Origin: Kofleriaceae bacterium
Lineage (GTDB): Bacteria > Myxococcota_A > Polyangia > Haliangiales > Haliangiaceae
NCBI GenBank assembly: GCA_018057825.1
Contig: JAGPCY010000020.1
Coordinates: 41,634 to 105,633, forward strand
Direction of reading: 5' to 3'
DNA: 64,000 nucleotides
Position numbers and translations under genes: made by a program. This document shows positions 33,890-46,987 of the stretch, piece after piece (the first letter of the stretch is position 1; each line of letters opens with the position of its first letter). The notes beneath the pieces were generated by a model. That model did no database searches. It saw only the letters and a list, made by a program, of their open reading frames with translations, and was not told the DNA's origin.

Positions 33890-34463
33890 TGCGGCTCCTC
33901 CGACGCGTGACCAAGCGGGCGTTCGATCTGGTCGGGGCGGGCGTCGCGGTGCTCGCGACCGGGCCGCTCTTGGCGGCGGCCGCCGCCGCGGCGCGGGCCG
34001 AGGTCGGCGCGCCGGCCTTGACCCGGTACCTGCGGGCCGGGCGCGGCGGTGAGCCGTTCGCGATGTGGCAGCTCCGCACCCACGCCGCCAGCGAGCTCGG
34101 CGCGTGGCTGCGCGCCACCGGCATCGATCAGCTCCCGGCGCTGTGGAACGTGGTCCGCGGCGAGATGAGCCTGGTCGGCCCGCGCCCGCTGCACCCGCAG
34201 TACGTCGCGATGGCGCGCGAGCGCTTCACGGTCAAGCCGGGGCTGGTCGGCTGGGCCCAGCTCCACCGCGGCCGGTCCGCGACCTGGGACGACGAGCAGG
34301 CCCTCGATCGCTGGTACGTCGAACACGGCTCGCTCACCGTCGACGCGCTGATCGTGGCCCGGGCCGTGCTCGATCGCGTGCGCGGGCAACCGCGCGGCGC
34401 CGCCGCCGCCCCTGAGCCCAACCCGGCCGGCCGCGCGGTCGACGCCGACGCCGTGCTCAACTG

Positions 34464-34464
<1 letters not shown>
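33889..34464 (+). CDS. Bacterial sugar transferase (undecaprenyl-phosphate hexose-1-phosphate transferase C-terminal domain type)
   Basis: ..LPALWNVVRGEMSLVGPRPL.. is the sugar-transferase motif. The ATG overlaps the stop of the preceding gene. Confidence 0.85.
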
Positions 34465-35588
<1,124 letters not shown>

Positions 35589-35662
35589 ACGCTGGCCGGG
35601 CTTTCGGTCACTCATCGGCCATAGATAGGTGTGGGGCGCCGCGCGCCCTCCCAGGAGAACCG

Positions 35663-38600
35663 ATGGCCCCCGTGCGTCTCACTGTCGTCCTCGCGGTGGT
35701 CACCGCGACCGCTGCCCCCGCCGCCGCCGACTGGCCGATGGCGCGCCACGACGCGCGGCGGACCGGCCTGGCCGCGGGCACGAGCGACCTGGTGAACCCG
35801 GCGCCCTACTGGCGGCAGTACCTGGGCGGCGCGCTGGGGACCGGCCAGGTCATCCCCCTGACCGACGGCGACGTCGCCTACGTCGGCGGGGGACGGCTGC
35901 GCGCGCTGTCGCTCGAGGGCACGCCGCGCTGGCACAGCGACAATCTCGAGCTGACCGGCCTGGTCGGCGACGCCGATCTCGACGGCGACGGCACCCGCGA
36001 GGTGATCGCGCGCTCGGGCGATCGCGCGTTCGTGTTCGCCCGCGCCACCGGGGCGCTCCTGTGGGCCGAGCCGATCGGTGAGATGGGCACGCTGGCCGAC
36101 GTCCGGCTGGCCGACGTCGACGGTCGCCCCGGGGCCGAGCTGATCGTGCAGGAGTGCTTCTGCTGCGCGCTGCGCAGCGGCACCCCCGGCTTCGTCTACA
36201 CCTTCGCCGACGGGTTCGCGGCGCCGCGCCGGCTGTGGGCGCTGCCGTCGTCGGCGTGTGGCGGCGCGCGGCAGATGCAGGTTGCCGACTTCACCGGCGA
36301 CGGCGCGCCGGAGTTCGTGCTCGCGACCCAGAACGACCTGCGGCTCCTCGACGGCGCGACCGGGGTCCAGGTCGCGGTCAGCGACGACCTCGGGCCGTGG
36401 ACCACCGCGGCCTACTGCGAGGCCGCCGAGCTCTTGCCCGGGACGGGCCTCGAGCTGGCGTGCTGGCAGGGCTCGGTCCTGACCAACCCCGGCAGCGGCC
36501 ACCGGGTCATGGTGTTCCGGTATCGGACCGGGCCGGCCCGCCTCGAGCGAGTGTGGACCACCGACGTCGGCGATCGCGACGGCGACTTCGTCATGGGCAG
36601 CGATCGCATCGGCGATCTCGACGGCGACGGCGCGCTCGAGCTGATCGCTACGGGCACCGCGGCCAACGGCGAGCCGGTGACCACGATCCTCGACGCCGCG
36701 AGCGGCGCGGTCCTGGCCACCGTGCCCGGGCAGCAGCAGGTCGCGATCTTGACTCCGACCGCCGAGGTCGCGCTCCTGGTCACCCAGGCCAGCCAGCAGC
36801 TCCTGGGCTGGCGCTTCGATCGCGACGGCGCCGTGCGCATGACCCTGGCGTGGCGTCTCAAGGACCGGCGGATCCTGCCGACCCGCGATCCGGTCCTGGC
36901 CGGGCGCCTGCCGCTGGCGGTGCGGCCGATCTTGATCGACGTCAACGGCGACGGCGCCCTCGACCTGGCGACCGTCGACACCAAGCGGCCCAACGAGCTT
37001 TTGGTCTACGACGCCCGGCAGCCGGCCGACCTGACCCTGCGGTCGTGGCGGGCCGCGCCCGACGCCGAGGTGCTGGCGGCGTGGCGGGCCGGCGATGCCC
37101 TGGTGGTGTCGACCAGCGACGGCCGGGTCACGACGCTGGCGCTGCCCGCGCTGACCTCGCGCGGCTCGTTTCGCGCCGGGCAGTACTACGACCCCGGGGC
37201 CTGGCAGCACCAGGCCCAGGCCCCCGTGGCTGGGCAGCTCACCGGCGACGCCGCCCACGAGGTCGTGGTGGCCGATAGCCGGCGCACCCTGGCCGCCTTC
37301 GACGCCCGGAACGCCACCAACGCCGCGCCGCCGCTCCGACTGTGGGAGCTGCGCGGCACGGTCGCGCCCAACATCGTGCCCGACCTCGGCGGCTCACCTG
37401 GGCTGGTGTGCCGGCGGCGCGACGACGGCGCGGTGCCGGCGGTCGAGTCGTTGGCGCGGCTCGATGGTCTGGGGGCGATCCGGTGGGAGGTGCCGATCGG
37501 CGGCGACGCGTGGAACGACGTGGTCACCGGCAACCTCGACGGCGACGGCGTGCCCGATCTGATCGTGCAGTGGGGCCGGGCCAGCGACGCGGTGATCCGC
37601 ACGACCGCGCTGGCTGGCACCGACGGCCGCCACCTGTGGACCACCGATCTCAACCCCGGGCCGGCCAAGTTTCCGTCGGGCGTGGCGGTCACCGACTGGA
37701 ACGGCGACGGCCGCGACGACGTGATCTACCACCACTACCGGACCTACGTGATGAGCGGCGTCGATGGCGCGGTGCTGGCCAGCGCCAACCCGCCGGGCGC
37801 GGTCACGACCTATCTGCAGCCGACGGTGGTCAACCTCGACAGCGATCCGGGCGCCGAGCTGGTGTTGTCGGGCGGCTTCATGCCCCTCCGCGCCGTCGAT
37901 CACGATCTGGTGACCAACCTGTTCACCGACACCGACGATCGGCCCTACCCGTACGTCGGGCTGGTTCGGTGCGACAGCCGCTGGCATGCGGTGGCGACCT
38001 CGCTGCGGCCCGGGCTGGTCAAGGTCATCGACCCGGCCGCGGGGCGGGTCGTGCGCTCGGTGGTGCTGGCCGGCGGTCAGCTCTTCACCGACGCCAGCGC
38101 CGCCGAGACCGCCGCCGCCAAGCTCGGCGTCCTGGCGTCGCCGCTGGTCCACGGCGACCTCACCGGTCGCGGCCGGCCCAGCGCGGTGATCGGCTCGAGC
38201 GACGGCTGGCTGTACGCGATCGATCCCTGCGCTGGCGCCCTCGACTTCGCGGTGCCCTTCGGCGCGCCGGTCGGCGCGACCGCGGTCGCCGACACCGACG
38301 CCGACGGCAAGGACGAGCTCCTGGTGTCGGTGGCCGACGGTTACCTGTACGGCCTCAAGCACGCGCCGATCCGCGGCCCGGGCGTGGTCCGCGATCTCGA
38401 CCCGCGGACCGGCAGCGGCGACGACGTCGACGAGATCGACAGCCGCGACACGCTGTCGGCGTCGTGGGATCCGGTCCCGGGGGCGACCGGCTACGAGGTC
38501 GCGATCGCCCACGCCGAGGGCGGCTACGTGGTCTACCCGCCGTGGCAGCGCGTCGACGCGACCTCGTTCACCCGCACCGGGGTCCCCCTGGTCGATGGCC

Positions 38601-38875
38601 AGCGCTACGTGATCGCGGTGCGCGCCCTGTCGGACGGCGGCCGCTCACCCGACATCTTGTCCGACGGCGTCCTGGTCCACCTGGCCCCCGCGGGCGTCGA
38701 CGCCGGCCCGGGGGCGAGCCCCGACGCTGGCGACCCGCTGCCCGGGACCCCGGGCGGGTGCTGCTCGACTGGCGCCGCGCCCACCGCCAGCCTGGCGCTG
38801 ACCGCCGTGGTCGCCGCGCTCCTCGGTCGCCGCCGCCGCCGCGTCAGTTCCGCATCAGCCCGAGCAGGCGGCTGA
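35663..38875 (+). CDS. FG-GAP/VCBS-repeat beta-propeller surface protein with FN3-like domain and MYXO-CTERM-type C-terminal sorting tail
   Basis: A GGAGAA SD precedes the signal peptide. Repeated DxDGDG/FG-GAP units follow. The C-terminus (..PGGCCSTGAAPTASLALTAVVAALLGRRRRR) resembles MYXO-CTERM. Confidence 0.75.
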   Translation: MAPVRLTVVLAVVTATAAPAAADWPMARHDARRTGLAAGTSDLVNPAPYWRQYLGGALGTGQVIPLTDGDVAYVGGGRLRALSLEGTPRWHSDNLELTGLVGDADLDGDGTREVIARSGDRAFVFARATGALLWAEPIGEMGTLADVRLADVDGRPGAELIVQECFCCALRSGTPGFVYTFADGFAAPRRLWALPSSACGGARQMQVADFTGDGAPEFVLATQNDLRLLDGATGVQVAVSDDLGPWTTAAYCEAAELLPGTGLELACWQGSVLTNPGSGHRVMVFRYRTGPARLERVWTTDVGDRDGDFVMGSDRIGDLDGDGALELIATGTAANGEPVTTILDAASGAVLATVPGQQQVAILTPTAEVALLVTQASQQLLGWRFDRDGAVRMTLAWRLKDRRILPTRDPVLAGRLPLAVRPILIDVNGDGALDLATVDTKRPNELLVYDARQPADLTLRSWRAAPDAEVLAAWRAGDALVVSTSDGRVTTLALPALTSRGSFRAGQYYDPGAWQHQAQAPVAGQLTGDAAHEVVVADSRRTLAAFDARNATNAAPPLRLWELRGTVAPNIVPDLGGSPGLVCRRRDDGAVPAVESLARLDGLGAIRWEVPIGGDAWNDVVTGNLDGDGVPDLIVQWGRASDAVIRTTALAGTDGRHLWTTDLNPGPAKFPSGVAVTDWNGDGRDDVIYHHYRTYVMSGVDGAVLASANPPGAVTTYLQPTVVNLDSDPGAELVLSGGFMPLRAVDHDLVTNLFTDTDDRPYPYVGLVRCDSRWHAVATSLRPGLVKVIDPAAGRVVRSVVLAGGQLFTDASAAETAAAKLGVLASPLVHGDLTGRGRPSAVIGSSDGWLYAIDPCAGALDFAVPFGAPVGATAVADTDADGKDELLVSVADGYLYGLKHAPIRGPGVVRDLDPRTGSGDDVDEIDSRDTLSASWDPVPGATGYEVAIAHAEGGYVVYPPWQRVDATSFTRTGVPLVDGQRYVIAVRALSDGGRSPDILSDGVLVHLAPAGVDAGPGASPDAGDPLPGTPGGCCSTGAAPTASLALTAVVAALLGRRRRRVSSASARAGG

Positions 38876-39248
38876 GCGTGGTCTCGTCGGCCGGGGGGAA
38901 CTCGTAGTCGAGGAACTCGCGCGAGGTGACCCAGCGCAGGTCGGCGACCGTCGCCGGGTACGGCACCGCGCCGTCGACCAGCTTGCAGCCGATCATGACC
39001 ATGTGGATGTCGTAGTGGGCGTACTCGTGGCGGTGCTCGCCGAGCGGCGCGCCGACCACGACCTCGACGCCGATCCGGTGACGGACCTCGCGCAGGAGGG
39101 CGCGGTCGTCGGTCTCGCCGGGCTCGACCTTGCCGCCCGGGAACTCCCACAGGAGCGGCAAGACCGCGGTGGCGTTGCGCTGGGTGATCAGGTACCGGCC
39201 GTCGTGCTCGATCACAGCCGCGACGACGCGGATCACCGCCTTGGTCAT
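38844..39248 (-). CDS. NUDIX hydrolase (MutT-like)
   Basis: NUDIX box (GGKVEPGETDDRALLREVRHRIGVEV). The ATG at 39248 lies inside the longer track ORF 38844..39818. Confidence 0.85.
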   Translation of the reverse strand: MTKAVIRVVAAVIEHDGRYLITQRNATAVLPLLWEFPGGKVEPGETDDRALLREVRHRIGVEVVVGAPLGEHRHEYAHYDIHMVMIGCKLVDGAVPYPATVADLRWVTSREFLDYEFPPADETTLSRLLGLMRN

Positions 39249-39326
39249 GGCGGCGATTATCGTCGCGCGCCGCGGGTTTGCAACGCCTCGACAGGGCGAC
39301 GCGCGATCGCTATTCTCCGCGCCCCG

Positions 39327-39725
39327 ATGGCGATCCGCTTCGTCGAAATCCACCCCGCCGCTGACCCCGCCGAGCTCAACACCGAGTGGGTCGTGCTGGC
39401 CAATGACGGCACGCTCCCGTTCGTCACCCGCGGCTGCGGCATGAGCGTCGGTCGGCGCGGCCAGGCCAAGCGTCGGGAGCTCGGCATCATCGACCCCGGC
39501 TTCGTGCTCAAGCCCGGCGAGCGGGTGCGGATGTTGACCGGCAGCCCGGGCGCCAAGGACCAGGGCACCCCGCCCGAGGACGGCGTCGACGGCGTCACCA
39601 ACTACTACCTGCTCTTGCCCAAGCCGTACCTCCAGGGCGACGGCACGGTCCTGACCCTGACCCTGCGCGGCCAGGTGGTCGCCAAGGCGACCTTCGCGCC
39701 GGCGGCCGAGCACGGCGTCGCCTGA
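39327..39725 (+). CDS. Hypothetical small protein, lamin-tail-domain (LTD)-like beta-sandwich?
   Basis: An in-frame ATG follows a lower-GC leader. RFVEIHP..EWVVLANDG..VLKPGERVRMLTG loosely resembles LTD. Confidence 0.45.
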   Translation: MAIRFVEIHPAADPAELNTEWVVLANDGTLPFVTRGCGMSVGRRGQAKRRELGIIDPGFVLKPGERVRMLTGSPGAKDQGTPPEDGVDGVTNYYLLLPKPYLQGDGTVLTLTLRGQVVAKATFAPAAEHGVA

Positions 39726-39888
39726 CCTCGCGCGTCGATCGACGGCCCCGCCATCGGGGCGTGACGGCGCGATCGCGCCGCGGTGACAGCCCGCCGCGGC
39801 GCCACAGACTTGCTGCACCGCCGTCGCGCATCGCAGGTCGTGCGGTCACCGAGCCTCGGCATCGTGCTCCGGCAGCAAGGAGCGCACG

Positions 39889-42213
39889 ATGCGACGCACG
39901 ATCCTCTTGGGTACCCTCACGCTCGGCCTGATCGGCTGTGGCGACGATCAACTCCTCGGTCCGGTTGGCCCGGCCGGTCCACCGGGGCCGGCCGGCCAGG
40001 ACGGGACGAACGGCCAGAACGGGACGAACGGCCAGAACGGTCAGAACGGGACGAACGGCCAGAACGGGACGAACGGCCAGAACGGTCCGGCCTGCCCGCT
40101 GGGCGGCGCCTCGACCGCCGCCGTCGAGGGCGTCCCCGGCGCGGCGCCGCTGTCCGGGCTGGTGGCGCTCAGCTTCTGTGACGCCGGGGCCACCGGCGCC
40201 GACAACATCGCCGACTACGTCAAGGTCCTGGTCGAGCGCTTCGGCGCCGGCACCCTCGACCCCGACCTCGGCTTCCCGCTGGCGGTCGCCACGACCGACA
40301 CCGTCCGAGCGATCCGTGGGCTCGCGCCCGACGTGGTCGCCAAGTGGCTCGATCCGCTGACCTGGGACAACATGACCTCGGCGACGGTGACGCCGCGGTT
40401 CGGCGCCAACGCTGACTACGTCGCCTACTTCGGCGACGGCTGGGACGCGGGCGGCACGCCGCACTGGCAAGGCGACGATCGCTCGGCCTGGCTGTGGGTC
40501 AACCACGAGTACCTGTCCAACGGCCGGCCGCGTCCAACCGCGGCCCCGACCGGTCAGCACCTGACGCTGGCGCGGTTCCTGTCGTACTGGGGCGCCCTCG
40601 GCGGCGCGCCGACCTCGCCCACCTGGTCGAACGACGAGCTGATCGCCTACACCGATGAGTACAAGCGCCAGGTCGGAGGGACGTGGATGCACGTCGTCCA
40701 GGACCCGGCGACGCTCACCTGGGCGATCGATCGCTCGCGGCCGGCGGTTCGCTACGACGCCACCGACGCGACCCTGGTCAAGGTCACGGCCACCGCGGTC
40801 ACCGCCGATCACGACGACACCGGCGCGCCGCTGCCGGCCGGCGTGGTGACCGGCATCCAGGCCAACTGCTCGGGCGGCGTCACGCCGTGGGGCACGGTGC
40901 TGTCGGCCGAGGAGAACGTCGCCTTCAGCTACGGCGACGTCGAGACGGCGTGGACCTCGAGCCAGCGGTTCGTCCCGGGCCAGGGCTTCGACGCCGGGGC
41001 GCCGATCAGCTTCGCGACCGCGCCGTCGCCGGCCGGCGAGTTCGTCAGCCCCGAGCCGAACTCGGGTCATCCGCGTGACGGCTACGGCTGGCTGGTCGAG
41101 GTCGATCCCGGGGCCGCGCCCGGCGAGTACTACGGCAAGACCACCGCTGGCGTCGGCCACCGCAAGCTCGGCGCCCTCGGTCGCGCGGCGTGGGAGAACG
41201 CGACCTTCGCGCTCGGCGCCGACTGGAAGCCGGTGCCCGGTCAGCCGCTCACGCTGTACGCGGGCAACGATCGCCGCGGCGGTCACCTCTACAAGTTCGT
41301 GTCGCGCCAGCCCTACCAGGCCGGCATGACCAAGGCCGCGGCCCGGGCGCTCCTCGACGACGGCACGCTGTACGTCGCCCACTTCGCCGACCTCGACAAC
41401 ACCCACGGTCGGCGCTTGATCGGCGGCGCGACGCCGACCGAGGCCGCGCCCGGCCAGGGCCGGTGGATCGAGCTGTCGCTGACCTCGACCGCGATCGCGC
41501 CCAACGCCGCGGCCCTCGGCGAGCCGACCAAGACCGTCGGCGCCGCCCTGGCCGACCTGTCGTGGAACCGCCTGGGTGGGTTCGCGACCGAGGCCGACGT
41601 CCGGCGCGCGCTGTTCACGGCGTCGCTCAAGATCGGCGCCCGCGAGCTCAACCGCCCGGAGGACGTCGAGTGGAACCCGCGCGACCCGTCGGGCACGCCG
41701 CGCCTGTACCTCGCGCTCACCAACCACGATCGCCAGGTCGCGCTCGACGGTGACGGCCGGGTGTTCGACCCCGCGGTCCACGCCGCGACCTTGCCCAACC
41801 GCGGCGATCGCGCCGGCGGCATCTTCGCGATCCAGGAGGCCACGCCGGCGACCCCGGGCAGCTCGACGACCTTCACCTACTGGCAGGTCTTCGCCGGCTC
41901 GACCGCGGGTGGGCTGTGGGACGCCGCCGCGCCCGACAACCTGGCGATCGATCGCGACGGCGGCGTGTGGTTCGGCACCGACGGCAACTTCGGCGCCAGC
42001 GGCAAGCGTTCGGCCGACGCGCTGTACTACCTCGATCTCGATCCGGCCCACCGCGCCACCGCGACCCCGACCTTCGGCCGGGCCTTCCGGATCGTCGCGA
42101 CGCCGTCGGACGCCGAGGCCACCGGTCCAGCGTTCTCGGCCGGCATGGGCACGCTGTTCTTCTCGGTGCAGCACCCGGGCGAGGACCAGCAGTCGAGCTG
42201 GCCGGAGCGCTGA
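39889..42213 (+). CDS. PhoX-family (DUF839) phosphatase-like lipoprotein with N-terminal collagen-like G-x-x repeat
   Basis: Lipoprotein signal (LTLGLIGCGDD). A G-X-Y repeat (GPVGPAGPPGPAGQDGTNGQNGTNGQNGQNGTNGQNGTNGQNGPA). PhoX hallmark NCSGGVTPWGTVLSAEEN. Confidence 0.75.
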   Translation: MRRTILLGTLTLGLIGCGDDQLLGPVGPAGPPGPAGQDGTNGQNGTNGQNGQNGTNGQNGTNGQNGPACPLGGASTAAVEGVPGAAPLSGLVALSFCDAGATGADNIADYVKVLVERFGAGTLDPDLGFPLAVATTDTVRAIRGLAPDVVAKWLDPLTWDNMTSATVTPRFGANADYVAYFGDGWDAGGTPHWQGDDRSAWLWVNHEYLSNGRPRPTAAPTGQHLTLARFLSYWGALGGAPTSPTWSNDELIAYTDEYKRQVGGTWMHVVQDPATLTWAIDRSRPAVRYDATDATLVKVTATAVTADHDDTGAPLPAGVVTGIQANCSGGVTPWGTVLSAEENVAFSYGDVETAWTSSQRFVPGQGFDAGAPISFATAPSPAGEFVSPEPNSGHPRDGYGWLVEVDPGAAPGEYYGKTTAGVGHRKLGALGRAAWENATFALGADWKPVPGQPLTLYAGNDRRGGHLYKFVSRQPYQAGMTKAAARALLDDGTLYVAHFADLDNTHGRRLIGGATPTEAAPGQGRWIELSLTSTAIAPNAAALGEPTKTVGAALADLSWNRLGGFATEADVRRALFTASLKIGARELNRPEDVEWNPRDPSGTPRLYLALTNHDRQVALDGDGRVFDPAVHAATLPNRGDRAGGIFAIQEATPATPGSSTTFTYWQVFAGSTAGGLWDAAAPDNLAIDRDGGVWFGTDGNFGASGKRSADALYYLDLDPAHRATATPTFGRAFRIVATPSDAEATGPAFSAGMGTLFFSVQHPGEDQQSSWPER
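39997..40085 (+). repeat. Tandem 18-bp coding repeat (GGGACGAACGGCCAGAAC)n encoding the collagen-like GTNGQN units
   Basis: About five near-identical direct repeats within the PhoX-like CDS. Confidence 0.9.
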
Positions 42214-42217
42214 CGTG

Positions 42218-43870
<1,653 letters not shown>

Positions 43871-43943
43871 CGCGAAACGTCACCACCTCGGCACCGCGGC
43901 GGACGGGTCGAGTCACGACGATCGGCGAGGGTGGCGGTGGAGG

Positions 43944-44618
43944 ATGACCATGACCACCGCCCTCGCGTCCGCCCCGCCCGTCGATCGCCCCGGCCTGCCG
44001 CTCCTGGCCCGGGTCGTCGCCCTCGGCCACACCGCCCGCGCCTCGTACCGTCGCGCCCAGGCCTTCCGCGCGCTCGTGGCGGCGCGGCGGCAGCTCCGCT
44101 CGGTGGCCCACCCGGTGCGCGATCGCGCCGCGGTCCTGGCCGAGCTCGCCGGGCGGCTCCTGGTGATCGACGGCGTCGACCTCGACGTGATCGGGGTCGC
44201 GCCGACCGGGCCGTGCCTGGTCGTGGCCTCGGTCGCGCAGCCGCGCCACCTGCTGTCGATCCTGGCCGCGGTGCCGGCGGCGGCGGTGATCGAGCGCGGG
44301 CCGCTGGCCGGCCCGACCGGGGTCCGCCTCGGGGTCCGCGCGCCCACGCCGGGGCCCGGCGCGGTCCAGCTCGCGGTCGGCCACGCCATCGAGGCCCTGC
44401 GCGCCGGCGTGCCGGTCGTGACGACGCCGGCCGCCGTCGGCGCCGACGAGCTGTTCGGTCTGGCGGCCTTGATCGGCGCGCCGGTGGCGACCGCGCGCGT
44501 GGTGGTCGGGCGCGGCGGCCGCCGCCACGATGTGATCGTGCGCGCGCCGCGCCAGCCGCGGCCCGGCGAATCGAGCGATGACTTCCGGCGACGCCTGCTG
44601 GCCGAGGCGGCGCGCTAG
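43944..44618 (+). CDS. Hypothetical protein (224 aa)
   Basis: ORF-track frame. The other frames and strand here give only Arg/Ser-rich junk. I did not recognise a domain. Confidence 0.45.
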   Translation: MTMTTALASAPPVDRPGLPLLARVVALGHTARASYRRAQAFRALVAARRQLRSVAHPVRDRAAVLAELAGRLLVIDGVDLDVIGVAPTGPCLVVASVAQPRHLLSILAAVPAAAVIERGPLAGPTGVRLGVRAPTPGPGAVQLAVGHAIEALRAGVPVVTTPAAVGADELFGLAALIGAPVATARVVVGRGGRRHDVIVRAPRQPRPGESSDDFRRRLLAEAAR

Positions 44619-44635
44619 CGCTCGGCTGCCCGGGC

Positions 44636-46879
44636 TCAGCCGGTGACCGCGGCGACGACCCCGATCGCGATGATCGCGATCACCCCGAGGCCGACTGGCC
44701 ACACCCAACCGGGCAGCCCCCGCGACAGCTTCGGGTGCGTGAACGACGGGTCGTAGCGCGGGTAGGCGGTCGGGGGTGGCAGATCGATCAGGTGGGCTGG
44801 CAGCGAGGTGTCCGGCACCGGGCTGGTCGCCGGTGGCGTGCCGTAGGGCCCGACCAGGAGCTCGCCCGACGGATACGGCTGGGCGGCGCCCATCGGTGGC
44901 GGGGTCGAGACCGGCGCCAGGGCGCCCGGGGTCATCATCGGGTGCAGGCCGCTCGGGGTCAGCATCGGGTGTTGCCCGCTCGACGACCCCGCCGGCTGGA
45001 CTCCGCTCGGGGTCATCATCGGCTGGACGCCGAGCAGCGGATCGGCGAGCGGCGCACGGTAGGTCGGCGCGTCGGCCGGGGGGCCGCCCAACTCGGGCGC
45101 GACCGCGTCCATCGCCGGGACGGTGGCGTTGTAGGCCATCGACGAGCGCGCGGTCCCGCCCATCGGCGGCGGGTTGGTGTCCTCGGACAGGCGGGCCTCG
45201 AAGGAGGCCGGCAAGCCGCGCGCCGCGGGTGGCGGATCGGCGGGCGCCATCACCGTCCGCGCCTCGGGGGCGCTGGCGAAGCTGCGGGCCGGGGCCGGTC
45301 GACCCGGCGCCGGTCGTCCGGGCGGACCGGCCGGCGCGGTGGCCGGCGGGTCCATGAGCACCGTCGACGCGCCGGCACCCTCGCCGAAGGCGGCGTGGGA
45401 GCCGGGGGCGGGCGCGCCGATCGCCGGCACTCCGGCGGGCGCGGTCTTGTCGCCCGGACGCCCGGTCAGCCGCGGCAGCGACGGCAGGCTCGGCTTGGCC
45501 GGCCCCGACGCCTGGCTCGAGGCGCCGAACATGCTCGACGCGTCGCCGGCGCTGCCGAAGCTCGGCACCCGAGCCGCCGGCTTGGCCGGCACGGTCGCGG
45601 CGCGGGTCGCGGGCGTCGGGGCCGCTGGGCGCGGCGCCTCGAGGTTGCCGAGGAGCGCCATCGGGTTCATCTCGATCCGGGTGGCGTCGACCGGGGCGCC
45701 GTCACCATCGCCATCGCCATCACCATCGCCGTCGCCGTCGCCAGCTTCGCCGCGCTTGGCACCGCCGCCGCCGGCCGCCTCGCCGATCACCTCGAACTGC
45801 GACAGCTCCTCGGCGTCCTCGCTGCGCAGCGACGCCGAGCCGCCGTCGTCTTCGTCCCAGCCCGGGCTGGCGACCGCGGCCCGGCCCTCGAGCAGCTCGC
45901 GCATGCGCAAGAAGTGATCCTCGACCTCCGCCGCGAAGTACTGCTGGATGAAGTGGCCGAGCTCGGCGGCGCCGGCCAGCTTGCCGCGGCTGTGCAGGTA
46001 GCCGGTCAGGGCCTCGCCGAAGGCCTCGGCGGTCTGGTAGCGCTGGGCCGGGTTCTTGGTCAGCGCCTTCATCACGACCGCGTCGAGCGCCGGGTCCAGC
46101 TCGTGGTTCAGCGACGACGGCGGCGGCACCTTGCACTCGAGGATCGCCTGGTAGGTCTCGTAGGTCGAGCCGCGCTTGAACAAGCGCCGACCGGTCAGGA
46201 GCTCGTGCACGACCACGCCGAGCGCGAACACGTCGGTGCGCCGATCGATGTTCTTGGCGTGGCACTGCTCGGGCGACATGTACGCGAACTTGCCCTTGAT
46301 CGTGCCGCTCTTGGTCGCGGTCTCCCGGTCCTCGGCCTTGGCGATGCCGAAGTCGACGATGCGGACGTCGCCCTCGAAGGTGACGACCAGGTTCTGCGGA
46401 GAGATGTCGCGATGGACCAGGTTGAGCGGCTTGCCGCCCGAGTCGCGGTTGTGGGCGTAGTGCAGCCCGGCGCAGGCCTGGGCGGCGATGCCGAGCACCA
46501 GGGGCACCGGGATCCGACCGCCCGGGACGCGCTCGGTCGCGCGTCGCGCCATGATCGCCAGCGACATCCCGGCGATGAACTCCATCACCAGGTAGTAGCG
46601 ACCGTCTTGCTCGCCCAGCCCGAGGGTCTGGACGATGTTCGAGTGGTCGAGCTGGGCGCCCAGGCGGGCCTCGTCGAGGAACATCTGCACGAACTCGCGG
46701 TCCTCCGCGAGGTGGTCGTGCAGGCACTTCACGACGACGTACTTCTCGAACCCGGCCGCGCCGTCGATCCGGGCGAGGTAGATCTCCGCCGTGCCGCCGA
46801 GCGCGAGCAGCGCGACCAGCTCGTAGTGGCCGAGGCGCTTACCGACGAGCGCGCCGGCGTTGGCGGGTACTCCTGCCAT
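44636..46879 (-). CDS. Ser/Thr protein kinase with Pro-rich linker and C-terminal TM segment
   Basis: Complete Hanks kinase subdomains (GGTAEIYLA..VVVKCL..HRDISPQNLV..DFGIAK..GKFAYMSPEQ). Includes a (DG)n run encoded by a GCCATC-type hexamer repeat. Confidence 0.9.
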   Translation of the reverse strand: MAGVPANAGALVGKRLGHYELVALLALGGTAEIYLARIDGAAGFEKYVVVKCLHDHLAEDREFVQMFLDEARLGAQLDHSNIVQTLGLGEQDGRYYLVMEFIAGMSLAIMARRATERVPGGRIPVPLVLGIAAQACAGLHYAHNRDSGGKPLNLVHRDISPQNLVVTFEGDVRIVDFGIAKAEDRETATKSGTIKGKFAYMSPEQCHAKNIDRRTDVFALGVVVHELLTGRRLFKRGSTYETYQAILECKVPPPSSLNHELDPALDAVVMKALTKNPAQRYQTAEAFGEALTGYLHSRGKLAGAAELGHFIQQYFAAEVEDHFLRMRELLEGRAAVASPGWDEDDGGSASLRSEDAEELSQFEVIGEAAGGGGAKRGEAGDGDGDGDGDGDGDGAPVDATRIEMNPMALLGNLEAPRPAAPTPATRAATVPAKPAARVPSFGSAGDASSMFGASSQASGPAKPSLPSLPRLTGRPGDKTAPAGVPAIGAPAPGSHAAFGEGAGASTVLMDPPATAPAGPPGRPAPGRPAPARSFASAPEARTVMAPADPPPAARGLPASFEARLSEDTNPPPMGGTARSSMAYNATVPAMDAVAPELGGPPADAPTYRAPLADPLLGVQPMMTPSGVQPAGSSSGQHPMLTPSGLHPMMTPGALAPVSTPPPMGAAQPYPSGELLVGPYGTPPATSPVPDTSLPAHLIDLPPPTAYPRYDPSFTHPKLSRGLPGWVWPVGLGVIAIIAIGVVAAVTG

Positions 46880-46987
46880 GCGGGGCCAATGATAGACGAA
46901 GCGCGCCGCGACCGCGCGCCTCGTCGCGCGCGATCTGCGAGGGCGGTCCGACCAGCCAGCCGTGCCAGGGACCTGCTATGAGACCTC

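Noticed and set aside
35612-37258. 548-aa minus-strand ORF and overlapping 36154..37278 (+)
   Set aside because: These are alternative frames and the antisense strand of the FG-GAP MYXO-CTERM gene, and are Arg-rich.
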